Below are positions 27,801-39,375 of a stretch of 64,000 nucleotides of DNA, one piece after another (position 1 is the first letter of the stretch; each line of letters starts with the position of its first letter). The DNA is from Calcarisporiella thermophila CBS 279.70 (taxonomy: Eukaryota; Fungi; Calcarisporiellomycota). The notes beneath the pieces were generated by a model. That model had not been told where the DNA came from and did no database searches. It saw only the letters and a list, made by a program, of their open reading frames with translations. The position numbers were made by a program, and so were the translations under genes. The stretch is taken from contig NW_027192211.1 of assembly GCF_041956535.1 (NCBI RefSeq), positions 158,461 through 222,460 on the forward strand, written 5' to 3'.

Positions 27801-28292
27801 GAATATAATGGTGGGGAGAGAATTAGAGAATAGTTCAATGGTAATACGAGAAAGAGATGTGAGAATATTCAATCGAGGAAGCTAAACTGGACTGAACATA
27901 GCTTCAGGAAAGTTAATTTAACAGAGCAGGAATCCTAATAAGGTTTGCCCGACGTTTCACTGTGAAATTGGTAATAAGATTTCTAGAGATGGAATCTATC
28001 TCGACACAAAACTCCTCTATCTGAAACGACTATAATTTGGAAGATTCGTACTATGGATAGTACGCATATTATGAGAACTGGGGAATTAATTACATCCCAT
28101 CATCCTATTTCATCATACCGATCGGTGCGTTTGGGTATGGCTTTTTCATATAGTTTAGTTCGTTAAATTTAGCGAATGCTCTCTACTACAAGAAAACAAC
28201 TAATATTACAGAATTTACAAAGAAGAATTCAACTGTTATCTTGGAGTAAACGAGAAAAATCATCTGCTGCATAGGAGAGTATGATCGTTATA

Positions 28293-29046
28293 TTACATGA
28301 CGGCCAGGGTGCCCGCAATTATTGCCAATATCATAGCCATATTAACTTCATGCTGACTTACAGAAGCACCTTCTAATCCTGGTTCTGCGTGGCCTGTTGA
28401 GTGAGGAGCTTGAGAAGAAGAGCCCGACTGTACTGTGTTACCGCTTTGGGATACTCCTGGAGAAGCAGACAAGGAATTAGGCATGGGACCGGGCATGGGA
28501 CTGGGCATGGGGCTAAACATGGTGTTGGTCATAGGCACACTTTGGGGGAAGAGAGGAGGATTAGATTGGAAGTTATTCGTGGGGAAAGGTTGAAAGGCTG
28601 TATTTTGGTTGGCAATGTTTGTGTTAGCAGGTGGCATCACCGCGGGTGTAGCGGCGGGGGCTGCTGCTGGGTTGGCTCCGCTCGAGACAGCCGGGTTTCG
28701 ATTGTTGGTATTGGACCCTCCAAGATAAGTGCCTATACATTTGGCAATGCACATTTGACCGGCTTGAGTCGTCGGATCCATCATCCTCTGACATCCTCCG
28801 ATACAGCCATAGAGAACTTGCACTAAAAATGGAGCAACGTTGGAAAGTCAGGTAAGAGAAAATAGATTAGAAGGTGGAGCCATTTTCGGCTTACACTGTC
28901 TCGAATCGGGCTCTATAAAGGTGCAAATATTTGCCGCGTTAGTAATCCAAACACGTCTAGGAATACGGACAATACCAGTACGTACGTGCTTGAGCAGAAA
29001 CAACCACCAGAGTGCCAAGAAGTAGCGGTGCCAAGTATAGCTTCAT
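28293..29046 (-). CDS. Secreted, probably GPI-anchored, N/P/S-rich protein with small CX3C..CX3C domain
   Basis: MKLYLAPLLLGTLVVVSAQA signal peptide; 18-nt microexon (QPDSRQ); CIGGC..CIAKC; low-complexity stalk; hydrophobic C-terminus MAMILAIIAGTLAVM. Confidence 0.72.
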
Positions 29047-29605
29047 GTTCTCGAAAGTTGGAAAACGAAAAAAGAAGGATATGACCGGGGGAACAAGGTG
29101 AGGATGACCATTTATAATAACGGTATTTGCCACACGCGTTTTCACAGTCACGATTTCCTGTTTCATACGAAAATCCAAAAGGGATAAAATTCTGAATTAT
29201 GCAGAGGTTTTTCCGTTTTTCCGCTCTTCCTGATATCATAGCCTATTGTTCTCTCTAGATATTAAAAGTTTAAACCATCATCAATGTTTCAGGTTGCAAC
29301 CAAGTGAAATTGATGAAAATTAGTACTGCTATAAATTTTTGCCAGTCTTTACGAGCTTGACATGGCGAAATAGGCAGTCTTTCTAGCGAGCTGCTGACGT
29401 TGGATCTCGGCTCCTTAAAGCAAACTGTTTGCCGATTCAAGGGCTACCAAAAATAATCGAAATAGAGTTTAATATGTAAAAGGATATTTAAGCAAGTAGA
29501 CCAATACGGGAAGTTTTTGCGCGAAGTTGAAAAGTCACGGATGCATGTGTACCCGATATCATTTTACAAGGAGGTTGAAGGCAAACATTTGCTTCAATAA
29601 TTGAA

Positions 29606-29652
29606 AAATCTACCTTTGTAACTAGAGTTATTCTAGTTACAAAGGTAGATTT
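29606..29652. repeat. Perfect 21-bp inverted repeat with 5-nt spacer
   Basis: AAATCTACCTTTGTAACTAGA-gttat-TCTAGTTACAAAGGTAGATTT; the arms are exact reverse complements. Confidence 0.95.
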
Positions 29653-30023
29653 CTCCATATGGAGCAAGTTTAAACAATTCTCCGGGGCATACACAAGTAG
29701 GTTTCGTGGGTATTGACGGCCAAGACACGTATTTTCTCACTAATCAACTGGGCTAATTCAGTGCCATTTTCACCATTGCCCTTTTGCCCAATCACATCGA
29801 TATTTGAACGACAATAGAAGTGAGCCAACACTTACTACCGATATAATTTCAGTCACATTTTTCATATATTTCTCCAAGCCACAAGTTTGAGGGCGGACAA
29901 ATCAATAAAAAATACGAGCTCTGTATTATCCACAATACACGAATAGACCCTGAGATAATCAGCTACCGGGAGGGGCAAGTGCACAGCGACAGTTTTATCT
30001 TCTTGTTAACAAGGGCCCTTTTC

Positions 30024-31882
30024 ATGTCCAACGCGTTCTGCTTCTCCATTCTCCGGATTGTTACCATCCACGTCTTACAATCTGCAGGCTTCGACTCGAC
30101 AACTGGATCTGCTGCTAATGCCTTAACCGATGTTTTTGCTCGCTACTTGAGCCTAATCAGCCAATCCGCCTCACAATACGCGAATCTAGCTGGAAGAGAC
30201 AAGCCAAATGCTCTCGACGTCAGCTATGCATTCGCGGATCTGGGTATCGATCTATTAGAGCTGCAGAGCTGGGCATTAGAAGGTGATGGAGCAGCATTAA
30301 TTACAGAAAATCTTTTCCAAAGCGACGAAGATCCGGGTCAGCTATTAAAAGGTATGTCATTTCCAATGATCCTCTGTCATTTTTAAGGACATTTGTTTCT
30401 GAATGAATATTATCCACTCCACTTTGAACAAACAATATAGGGGTCTTGTACAGTGGCAGAGAGAAGGACTCGACAGTGGAATTTAGTTATGTGTGGAGAG
30501 ATCTCACAGAGGATGATGTGCTGAAAATGGAAAATGAGAGTTCCGAGGAGGAGAGTGATGATGAGGTTATGTCCGATAGTGTTTCGCGTGTTGGTATAAA
30601 AGAGGATTGCAACGGTACCTCCAGGTGGCGGCGGCCTCCGCCAGCTCACGTACCTTCGTTTCTCCCACCCTTTCCTGGCGAAGAAATAGCTGGCGAGAAA
30701 AACGAGGAAGAAATGAAGGAGACCCACGCAGAAAATAATGGAGTAGAAATGCCCAAAGCCAAGGCTGTTACTCCCGCGCACAAGTCTGTGGATCAGACTC
30801 CAGCCCCTCGCTCACCACGAACACAAACACCGCACAGACGAGACCCCTACCACTCCCTTAAGTCTTTTGAGGAATCTTCACTTGCCCAGGAGACGACTTT
30901 CCCCCTCCTACCGATGAAGCGCTCTAAACCCTCTAAACCGGCACAAAAGCCATTACGGAATGGGCTGACCCTAGAAAAGGATGCTTTAGAGGAAGCGGTG
31001 GCTTCGATTGTGCCAGCATCGCATCCCAACACTCTTGCCTCGGACATCCATCTGAAGAAAAAAGCTCGCCTCTTTACCTCGATGCAAACGGTAGGCCCCC
31101 CTGATTCTCTCTTTAAGCTTGGCTACGACAGCTCGGGCATGATGGATCGAATCGCATCTCCCGTCGCTCTGGCGCAACTCAAGGCTGCTGCTACTAGCTT
31201 AGGCGAACCAAGCCCATTTCCCGATGGGTTCAAGTTACCAACGGGAACAACAGCTCCATTGCGAAAATCCACCAGTGGGCCTAGCATTACCATTAAACAG
31301 CCATCAAAATCTCTCGACCAGGCTACAACTGGGGGTGGGCGAAGTACTATCTCTATTACCCTGCCTAATTCTACCTCATCCACCGCCCCAAGTGGGCCTG
31401 TCCTAGCTTCCGGCCCGGGCAGCCAATCTTCTGCCCCCAATAGCACTCCAAAGATTCGTTTTAGAATTAGTGTACCCTCATCTGAAGCTTCTGCCGCCAT
31501 GTCAGCCGCCACCCACTCCGTCTCCTCTCCTCTCGCCGCCCAGGCTGATTCGTTATCCTCCCTAAAAACCACCTCCTACTCCAAATCACCCCTAGCCTCT
31601 TCAACCCTCTCGTCCTCTGCGCCGTCCGATGGAGCAGCTTCATCCGCATTCTCATTACAGCCTCATTCACAACACTCATCCGAAAAAACATCGCCCGTTC
31701 AGCAAGCCGAAGACATCATTAACTGCGTGTGCGAGAATCCGCATATGGATGACGGTACTTTTATGATAGCTTGCGACCGTTGCCAGGTGTGGTATCACGG
31801 GCGATGTGTTGGAGTGCTCTCGAATCTTGTCGACACATGGTATTGCAGTCGGTGTACGGATAGAGATAATGACATGAGATAG
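30024..31882 (+). CDS. TAF3: TFIID subunit TAF3-like: bromodomain-associated histone fold plus C-terminal PHD finger
   Basis: N-terminal FSILRIVTIHVLQSAGFDST..LTDVFARYL..LAGRDKPNALDV (BTP fold); HVPSFLPPFP; C-terminal INCVCE..DDGTFMIACDRCQVWYHGRCVG..WYCSRC (PHD); one intron at about 30352-30440. Confidence 0.8.
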
Positions 31883-32044
31883 TGTTCCCTCATTTTTTTT
31901 TTTCCTTCCTATTATTTTCCTTGTAATATTCAGTCTATTTTGCTTTGTCTTTCTTCTCTTTCTTTCCAATACCATTTATTAAAAAAAGAGCAAAAATTTA
32001 TTCTTCCTTCCTCTTCCTGCCCCTCTCAGCTGAACTATTTTACA

Positions 32045-34096
32045 TCAAAACTCCATGGATTGGTTGTCCTTCGCTGCATCTGCAAAAATGTGAAAGAATA
32101 TGCGATCAGATCTCAACTTCGATTGAGGAAGACTCATAGGCACTCACCTCTCTTTCGTTCCCGTGTATCTCTTAATAGCCCTTTCAGGAAATCCTCAAAC
32201 ACTTTTATGTAAGGCTTGAGGGAGGTCACCTCCCAATCTAAATGCGCCAAAGTAAACACTCGTCGTCAACGGCTTGCTCCAGGATAGGCTGAGAGGAAAG
32301 TCACTTACCTGGAACCCGCTTTCCCTCGCCATTTCCTTGCGTGTTCACCTCGTTCAACAACTGGGCTACGGTTGGCACCTGAAGCGGGTTGAATTCGTCA
32401 CAGCGAGCAGGGTCGATCGGAACGCATACTCGGCCCGTTCCAGGGTGCACGCAAAACGGGCTCTTGAGAAGATGTTTCATTTCTGTTGTGACCTTGTCAT
32501 CCAAGCGAGGATAGCAGTATTGGAAGATTATATCGCGCTTGCAGAGCTGAAGAGCCTGTCTGCGAGCAGATGCCTAATCAGAGACAGGGATAGCAGGTAA
32601 ATACCTATTCCAATGAAAAATCAAGCGATGGAAGTACCTTTGTGTTTTTCAGAGCTAATGCGAGTTCCCTATCAATATCATCCCACCTTTGCTCGGAAGT
32701 TTTAGAATCATCCTCCTGCCACTGCTCATCCAATGCTTTTCGCACGCCTTTTTTTTTTAAAAAAAAAGGTGAACCAACTTGAAATATTTTAGAGCAGCAT
32801 ATAAAGCAACTCACTCTCATCGGGTATGAGCTGAAGCACCTTTTTCCAGTGCTGTTGTTCACCCAGTACGTTCTGACCCTGCAAGATGATTCTCTCAAAG
32901 TGCTCTTTGAGAACATCTAGTGACCGGCTAGAACAAATCATTTTCGTAAACGTGCGCTCAAAACCTCTATTCCAATTAAATATAAATACCTGACTGAGGG
33001 ATGTAAGTTACTGGGAAGCTTTACTTTTTTGTCTTGTTGTGCACCTCCCTAAACAAATAAAAATTCAGAAACAGAGCTGGACGCTTTACTCATTTTCATA
33101 TTTCCTCACCTTAATAATTTCCAGATAACCCACGATTGTACGGCGTTCATCATTGTTCAATTTCCTAGCACGTTCGTCACATACCCAGCAATGAACCCCA
33201 CGCCGACCAGAATACACCCAGAGTAGATGTTCAAATCCAAAATCGTCTAAGAAACAGAATGGAATCAACTGTCGGAAAATAAGAAACGCGCGTATAGGCA
33301 GCAATACGAATAGTACCTCGTAATGCGACATCAATAATCTTGATAGCCACTGTCATAAACTCCCAACATTTTAGACAAATATCTCCCCCTCTACACAGGA
33401 AAATAGGGCCTGCCGTCAGTAGGCGAATGTAAAGAGCCTCCCAACACCCACTCACTTGCAACATGTTCGAACGTCGTCGTAGTCGGTCATATCAATATCG
33501 AAAACGAGCTCTTTCTCTAAGGCGTCAAAGGCCGTGGAGCGGAACATTTTTTTGTCTTTTGGCTAGATGAAAAAGCCGGGTGAACATCATTACTCTCCTT
33601 GTTCAATGCATTAAGATTCCTCACCTTCACTTTGTACACCGCCCCAATATCAATTTTTACCGGCTGTAGACGCTCAATTTCCTTCTTCAGCTCCTCCATA
33701 TTATCGAATGACTGGTAGCGAAGATATGCTTCATTCTGTAACTGAAAGCTAAATTCTCTGTTTTGGAAGGTTTTTGTCGGAACCATCTCGTAATTTAACC
33801 ATTGGAAGTATTGTCGGTAGGGAAAAAATCGTTGATAGAACAGTCGAAGAAGTAACGACGGATTTGACTCGTCGATTTCCATACTACCATCAGATCATGA
33901 TAGATCAGCAGCTCATTCTATATTTGGTTTAAAGCATCTCTTACTTCATTTCATTGATTCCTTGGGATTTATCACCGTTGACATTGGCAGCCTCGTGCAT
34001 TGCCTGAATGTATGCAACATCAAGATCAAGTTCGGCGTTGTGGTCATCGAAATGAATATCGCCATCATTATTTTGAGGATCTGTTTCCATCGTCAT
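32045..34096 (-). CDS. PRI1: DNA primase small (catalytic) subunit
   Basis: [12 protein letters not shown]; REFSF..YLRYQSF; KIDIGAVY; [18 protein letters not shown]; [15 protein letters not shown]; [30 protein letters not shown]; spliced end [11 protein letters not shown]. Confidence 0.95.
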
Positions 34097-34164
34097 ATTT
34101 GTCGGGAATCTTCAAAGAGGTAATGCCCAATTTCGTTGATGGGAGGTAATTAGATAAAATCGTA

Positions 34165-34246
34165 TTTCCCGTCAAATATTAAACGCGTAAATTTTCACAA
34201 AAAAAGTAATTAAATGTGACGCGTTTTAATTTTTTATTTTTTCGCG
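34165..34246. promoter_or_regulatory. Putative G1/S promoter module upstream of PRI1: two MCB (ACGCGT), one SCB-like (CGCGAAA on minus) and one E2F-like TTTCCCG
   Basis: ACGCGT at 34183-34188 and 34219-34224, TTTCGCG at 34240-34246 and TTTCCCG at 34165-34171, within about 150 bp of the PRI1 ATG in otherwise AT-rich DNA. Confidence 0.6.
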
Positions 34247-34450
34247 ACTTCGGCCCAGTGGACCGAAGTTAAGAGTCAACAACGTGGTATCCAATTCCAC
34301 ATTTGAAAAAATAGATAGCCATCCAAAGGATCAAAGTAGGATTCTGGATCTTCAGGCGGATTATCATTAGTCAGCTTTAGATGCGAGCGAGAACAAATAG
34401 ATTCGAAAATGCAGTGGCAAACTTCTATGCATGTAATAAATTAACAGAAA

Positions 34451-37400
34451 TTAAATGATGATATCGGCTCCCTTCAACTCCATCCGCCCGATAACTCGGT
34501 ATAACTCTCTTCTCCCATATTCCACCATAATCTCTCCACTTTTTTCTTTGTCACTCCACTCTCTGGATATTAGAGATTCTTGGCACTCTGAACCTACATA
34601 TGATTGGTAGGCTTGGTCGAGAGCAGAGAGAAATAAGGTGTCCGGCCTATGGGTGTACCAATGGCCCACTGAAGTGCCAGACTGAGCGCTGTCGAAGCCA
34701 GTGTGAGTGGGCTCCGTAAGACATTGAAGCCTGTATATAAGTGACTCGTGTACTTGGAGGAGGGAATACGGGCAGGCACATGTAACGCGCAAACAGACAG
34801 GTAGCGCCTCCTCCGTTCGACTAGTTTCTTCGGAAACTAAATATTTGGGAGCGTAAGGCGAAGCACATAACATCTTTCGTATTTTCTTACCTTTTTTTAG
34901 ATCTAATTCAACTGGGTCACTGGAAAGAACTGTCAAAAACTCGGCTCTCTCCGCACTCACTATAATATTTTCCATCGCTTCCCCACAGTCACACTCGCTT
35001 AACAAGGTTGGCAATAGCCTCAAGTAGCCATCCTCTGATCCCTTGATATTAAACATGAGTTCAACCACCTTAACCTGTTTCTCCTCACTTGTGCCATAAT
35101 GAAGTAGAGAAACTTTGATAATTACAGGACGTATATAATTCAATGCATCGAATCTGCGCCATATCAAAGGAAACTGAGCGCCTTGTGAGGGGAGAGAGAG
35201 CGTGGGAGTACCGTCGAGATCATCGCTGCGCAACCAGGGTCCCTCCCCTGGCATCCGATAGTGTAAATACGCTAATGCAGAGAATGGAGGAGAAATGGAA
35301 TGCAAATCGATGCGAATGATACGTTCCCTAACGAATGAGTACGAAAAAGTAGAGGTGAGAAAGTGAGGGAGACGAGATACAATCAGAAATTCTGCTAGAG
35401 GGAGGAAAAGAAATACCATTGCATAACGTCGGCCGACCCGCTCTCCGACAACTCCTCCCACGGAATACAGTGAGATTGCCCCTTTTGCGCCACGCTTCTC
35501 TTATTCAATCGAGAGCTGTCATCAAGCGGTTCAATGTTCAGAACAAGTGCCCATTGTCCATTCAGAAACCCCTCTCGCACTTTTGAACTGATCTTTATCT
35601 TAATATAAACTGCATACTCTGCACGACCGACTAGAGGACGGGGTGGAGTGTAAGGCTCACAGGAGCAGAAAAAAATTTCTGTAGTATTGGCCTCGGATTT
35701 TTTCCGCCCAATAGCCATATTTCGGAGTCGCTGAATTTCTTGGAGTTGTTGGTTCTCACTAGCAAGCAGCTCGTGCACTCTCTAAAAACAGGAGAACAGC
35801 ATCAATACTAAGCTTTGCTCAGAGCATGGAAAGGATTGGGGCGACTACCTGGATCTTATTTTCAAATTTCTTTATGGTGTCCCCTGTATCCACAAGCGAA
35901 GCTGAATATTGCCTAATCTTTCCACGAAGATCCGAAATGCTGGTTGCACACGATTTATCCCTAAGTAGCGACATGAATAACATTTCATAAACGGCATCAA
36001 GCTCTCCAATTTACCTCAAGTGTGCCAATTCAATTGCAAATAATCTCCCCGTATCTGTAGCCGCATGAATTGCAAGCCTTCCACGCCAAAGTTTGGCTAT
36101 TCTGCGTGGCAATACCTCCACTCTCCTGTGATTGACAGAATGGTGACTTGAAGCCGGCTCTAGTAAAACAATTCTGCTTCAGTAGTCTTTCCCAAATACA
36201 AACAACTTCTTTACTTACGAGTAGCGTGCTCCTCTATCCATAGATGTATGACTTGACCATTATTAACACTCAAATAGAGCTGGTCCTAAGAAATTCTAGG
36301 CGTTAAACCTTTGGTTTTTTCAAGTGCCCTTTTGTAAAACTGTACCTTACCTTTTCAACCAAAACAGAGTCAAGAACAACGGGTGGAAAATGATATTCCC
36401 TTTGAACTAATTTCCGATGACTTAAATCACCCGACATCATGAGCATGGCAACTGTGCCCATTTTACTACATTGAAGAAAATGCGTTAAAACCGAAATGGA
36501 CTGAATCCATCTTTGAATGACAGTATGCCGTCTTACCCAATAACTACCAGAACGTCCATTGATTCTGCATCCTTTTTATTACGTAGCTGGTGCTGCTCTT
36601 CAGTACGGGATGGCGACTTTTGAAGCACATGGATGGCCGCTATCGGCTCCTACATTATAATTTACGTACTCAGGGCTGTCTCATGAACTGTATGTGAGAA
36701 AATAAAATACCGCAAGTCTCAGCACAAGTGTTGGTGGATCCCGACCATGGACTGTATGAAAATAGACCACCCCACTTTCCCAACCCGTCAACACTATAGG
36801 CGCATCGGATAAACATCTACCATTTCTAGTATTAGTAAATAGGAACCCGTTACAAACTATATATATAATATATACCGGTCCTCGCCGAAAAGGTGGGTAA
36901 ACATCTCAGTTTCTATTCCCATCATTGTACCGTCCAATTCATGAGCGCCTGGAGAAGTCGGTTGAAGTATAATAAAAACGGGTTAAGGATAATCTTTGCA
37001 ATATGAAGTAGTGAAAAGAGCTGTAATTATATGGAAAGGATATCTAATAGATGACACCGGCATTTATCGTCCAGCCTCAAGTCCCCTACACTATAGTCAG
37101 ATATTTTCAAAGGAGGTATCATACTTCCGTCCTGCAAAAGAGCAAAAAATTCTTGTCCTTTGGGCGCTGGGGTTAAATAGATAATTCCTGGCTAGAGCAG
37201 TAAACAATTGAGTGCTTCATAGACCAAAATACCAACAAGATGACTTACGTATTTCCCAACAATACAATCTTTCAATTCCGAGGGACCATAAATCTTTGGC
37301 ATATGTTGCCATGGAAGTGCTGATATTTCATCCTTAAGGTTAAGAACAACCGGGACGCGATAAATGGTTTCATCCGCAGTGAGTATATACAGATTATGTT

Positions 37401-37735
37401 GCTCGTTATCGATGGCTGTCACCATGCTAGTGATCTCGACATGCATATTATAAATTTGCTATTGACGATTACTCATTGAGACGCGATCTAATTCAAAGCA
37501 CAACAATCAATAGAATATACCCTTATGACACCCGCGTACACAATATACACCACGTGAGGCAAAGTCCGGAGGATCAGAATGTCATGCTTCGTGCCATCGC
37601 TCCCTTTGAAGCATTCTCCGAACAATTCGGCTTCTGTTTGCAAAGGCAAGTCGAGCTTGTAGAGTGGGCATTTCTGATTTAACAATAAATTTTAATAATA
37701 TAAACATACACGACAATCATTACAAAAGATAGCAT
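34451..37735 (-). CDS. FAAP100: Fanconi anemia core complex-associated protein 100 (FAAP100)-like, multi-exon; start approximate
   Basis: Spliced peptides EMFTHLFGEDRCLSDAPIVLTGWESGVVYF..LRLAEPIAAI..DVLVVIGKMGTVAML..QREYHFPPVVLDS; coiled coil; GQWALVLNI..SHCIPWEEL; PLIWRRFDALNYIRP. They parallel vertebrate FAAP100 blocks as recalled (LFGLLFG.DA.LLQSPVVLCGLPDG; LEEPVIFI; DCLVAFGHHG; LREYCLPGPV). Confidence 0.68.
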
Positions 37736-37878
37736 TATTTATAGACCATGATGCCGGCAAAAATATCATTACGTGCAAATATAGGCTTTTTTTCGGGATG
37801 GTTTAGAGTGTGGCAGTAAGTTGGATACAAAGAATAGAGGGAATCGTAACAAATATCGGAAGAAAAGGAACAGAGATG

Positions 37879-38477
37879 TCAAAAACCATATTCGAAGTAA
37901 AACTCCGACATTCGCTTCGCAAGCTCATCCTCCCTCTTCACGGCTTTCTCTTGCGAGTCTTCCTCCTCCTCCTCCTCCTCCCTCGCCCCCTCCATCCCCC
38001 ATCTGCATCGTACTCGGAGCCATCGTCGAACCACCCGCGCAGATAGAGGTCTCTTCTTCTTCTCCTCCTTTCCTCCTCCCCGCTCTCCTCCTCCTCCTCT
38101 TCCTCCTCCTCCTCTTCCTCTTCCTCCTCTGCGTCGTACGCTTCCTCCTCTTCCTCCTCTTTCAGCTCTACCTGCTCGTTCTCGCTGTTCTCTTCTGCGC
38201 CATCTTCGTCATTCTTCTTCTCCGCAGCTTCCACCTCCTCCCTGCTCTCATTTTTTGGCTTGTTGCTAGGCTTTTTGCCATCGGAGGAGGAGGAGGGGAA
38301 GAGGGTAAAAGGATACTTCCGTGGCAAAAGCCGGCGGAACATCATGTCGCCGCCCGCATCTCCATCGTAGCGCGCGACACCCGCGGCGCTGTCTCCCCTT
38401 GTAAAAAGTTTAAATGGTGCAGTGAGTGTGAGTGTGAAGAGCGCAAGGAGAATAATCAGAATGGTGGCGGGGTTCAT
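37879..38477 (-). CDS. Secreted Glu-rich prepro-protein; in-frame stop at 37938, alternative-frame C-terminus ends at 37879
   Basis: MNPATILIILLALFTLTLTAP signal peptide; poly-Glu tracts; basic cleavage-like sites; see findings for the frame issue. Confidence 0.6.
38050..38162 (-). repeat. Imperfect (GAG/GAA)n trinucleotide tract encoding poly-Glu and poly-Arg
   Basis: Runs of CTC/TTC on the + strand. Confidence 0.85.
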
Positions 38478-39375
38478 TGTTCCAGGGTTTCGTTGTCGTC
38501 GAGGGTTGGCTATATTACACGTCGCCAATAGCAAGGCACATCCCAAAGAGAAGGAGAGAAGTGGGGCCAAAGGGCTGTGAAGAACAGCGAGAGAAACGAG
38601 AGAAAAGGGTGTAGGGTGCGGGGAAGAGGGAGGAAAGACTTTATTTAAGGCTTCGGGAAGCCGAGCACAGGGGGGCAAAGAGGAAAAAGAGGAGGGATTG
38701 ACCAGGAATGTTGTCAAGTGTCTGTGCCTGTGCTCTCCCTATGCAATTGGATTGATTTGGGCATCCATATGTCTCAAAAAGGAAGGCGCAGTCCTATCTG
38801 AGCGTTTCTCTTAAGTCTTGAAGGGGAGCAAATGACGCGATGGAGGATGGGCATGGCGAGATGAGGAGAGCTGGCTGCACTCTTGCATACGAAGAATGCC
38901 CCATTTTAAGCAGCATGGTGGATGTACTTTGTGCACCCTCCGGTTCAATATGGCGGGAGCATAAGAGAGTGGGTGTGACATCCTTATTTTGCGCTCGCGC
39001 TCAATTCGGCGATCCTCGAGTTAAGGTTAAGGATTGAAGGATTTTCCCTGTCTGAGGATTAAGCTCTCATCTATTGCACAGAGGCCAACAACAGAAAAAC
39101 AAAAGTAGTCAATAGTACATAGCAGGAGGGGCTCCAAGGCGAGAATATGAAAGTTAGAGATAGGGAATAGATAGAGGTTTAATAAAAGGTCGAAAACAGA
39201 GGACCCCGTTCTCGTTCAATATATACACGTAAAAAGGATATGATAAAGGGCTAGCATAAAAGTTAGAGGAATAAAATGGTGATAAACAACAGGAAAGAAA
39301 GTCGATATTAAGCACGATAAAACAACAGGATATTAGCATTTTATTGAAGGTATCCAAACCCCAACTTCGCCATCA

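Noticed and set aside
32748-32769. Palindrome CC-T run-A run-GG in a PRI1 intron
   Set aside because: Made of homopolymer runs at a splice acceptor; low complexity.
37821-38531. 236-aa plus-strand ORF with poly-Pro and poly-Leu resembling a membrane protein
   Set aside because: It is the antisense read of GAG repeats in the secreted acidic gene and has no ATG at the called start.
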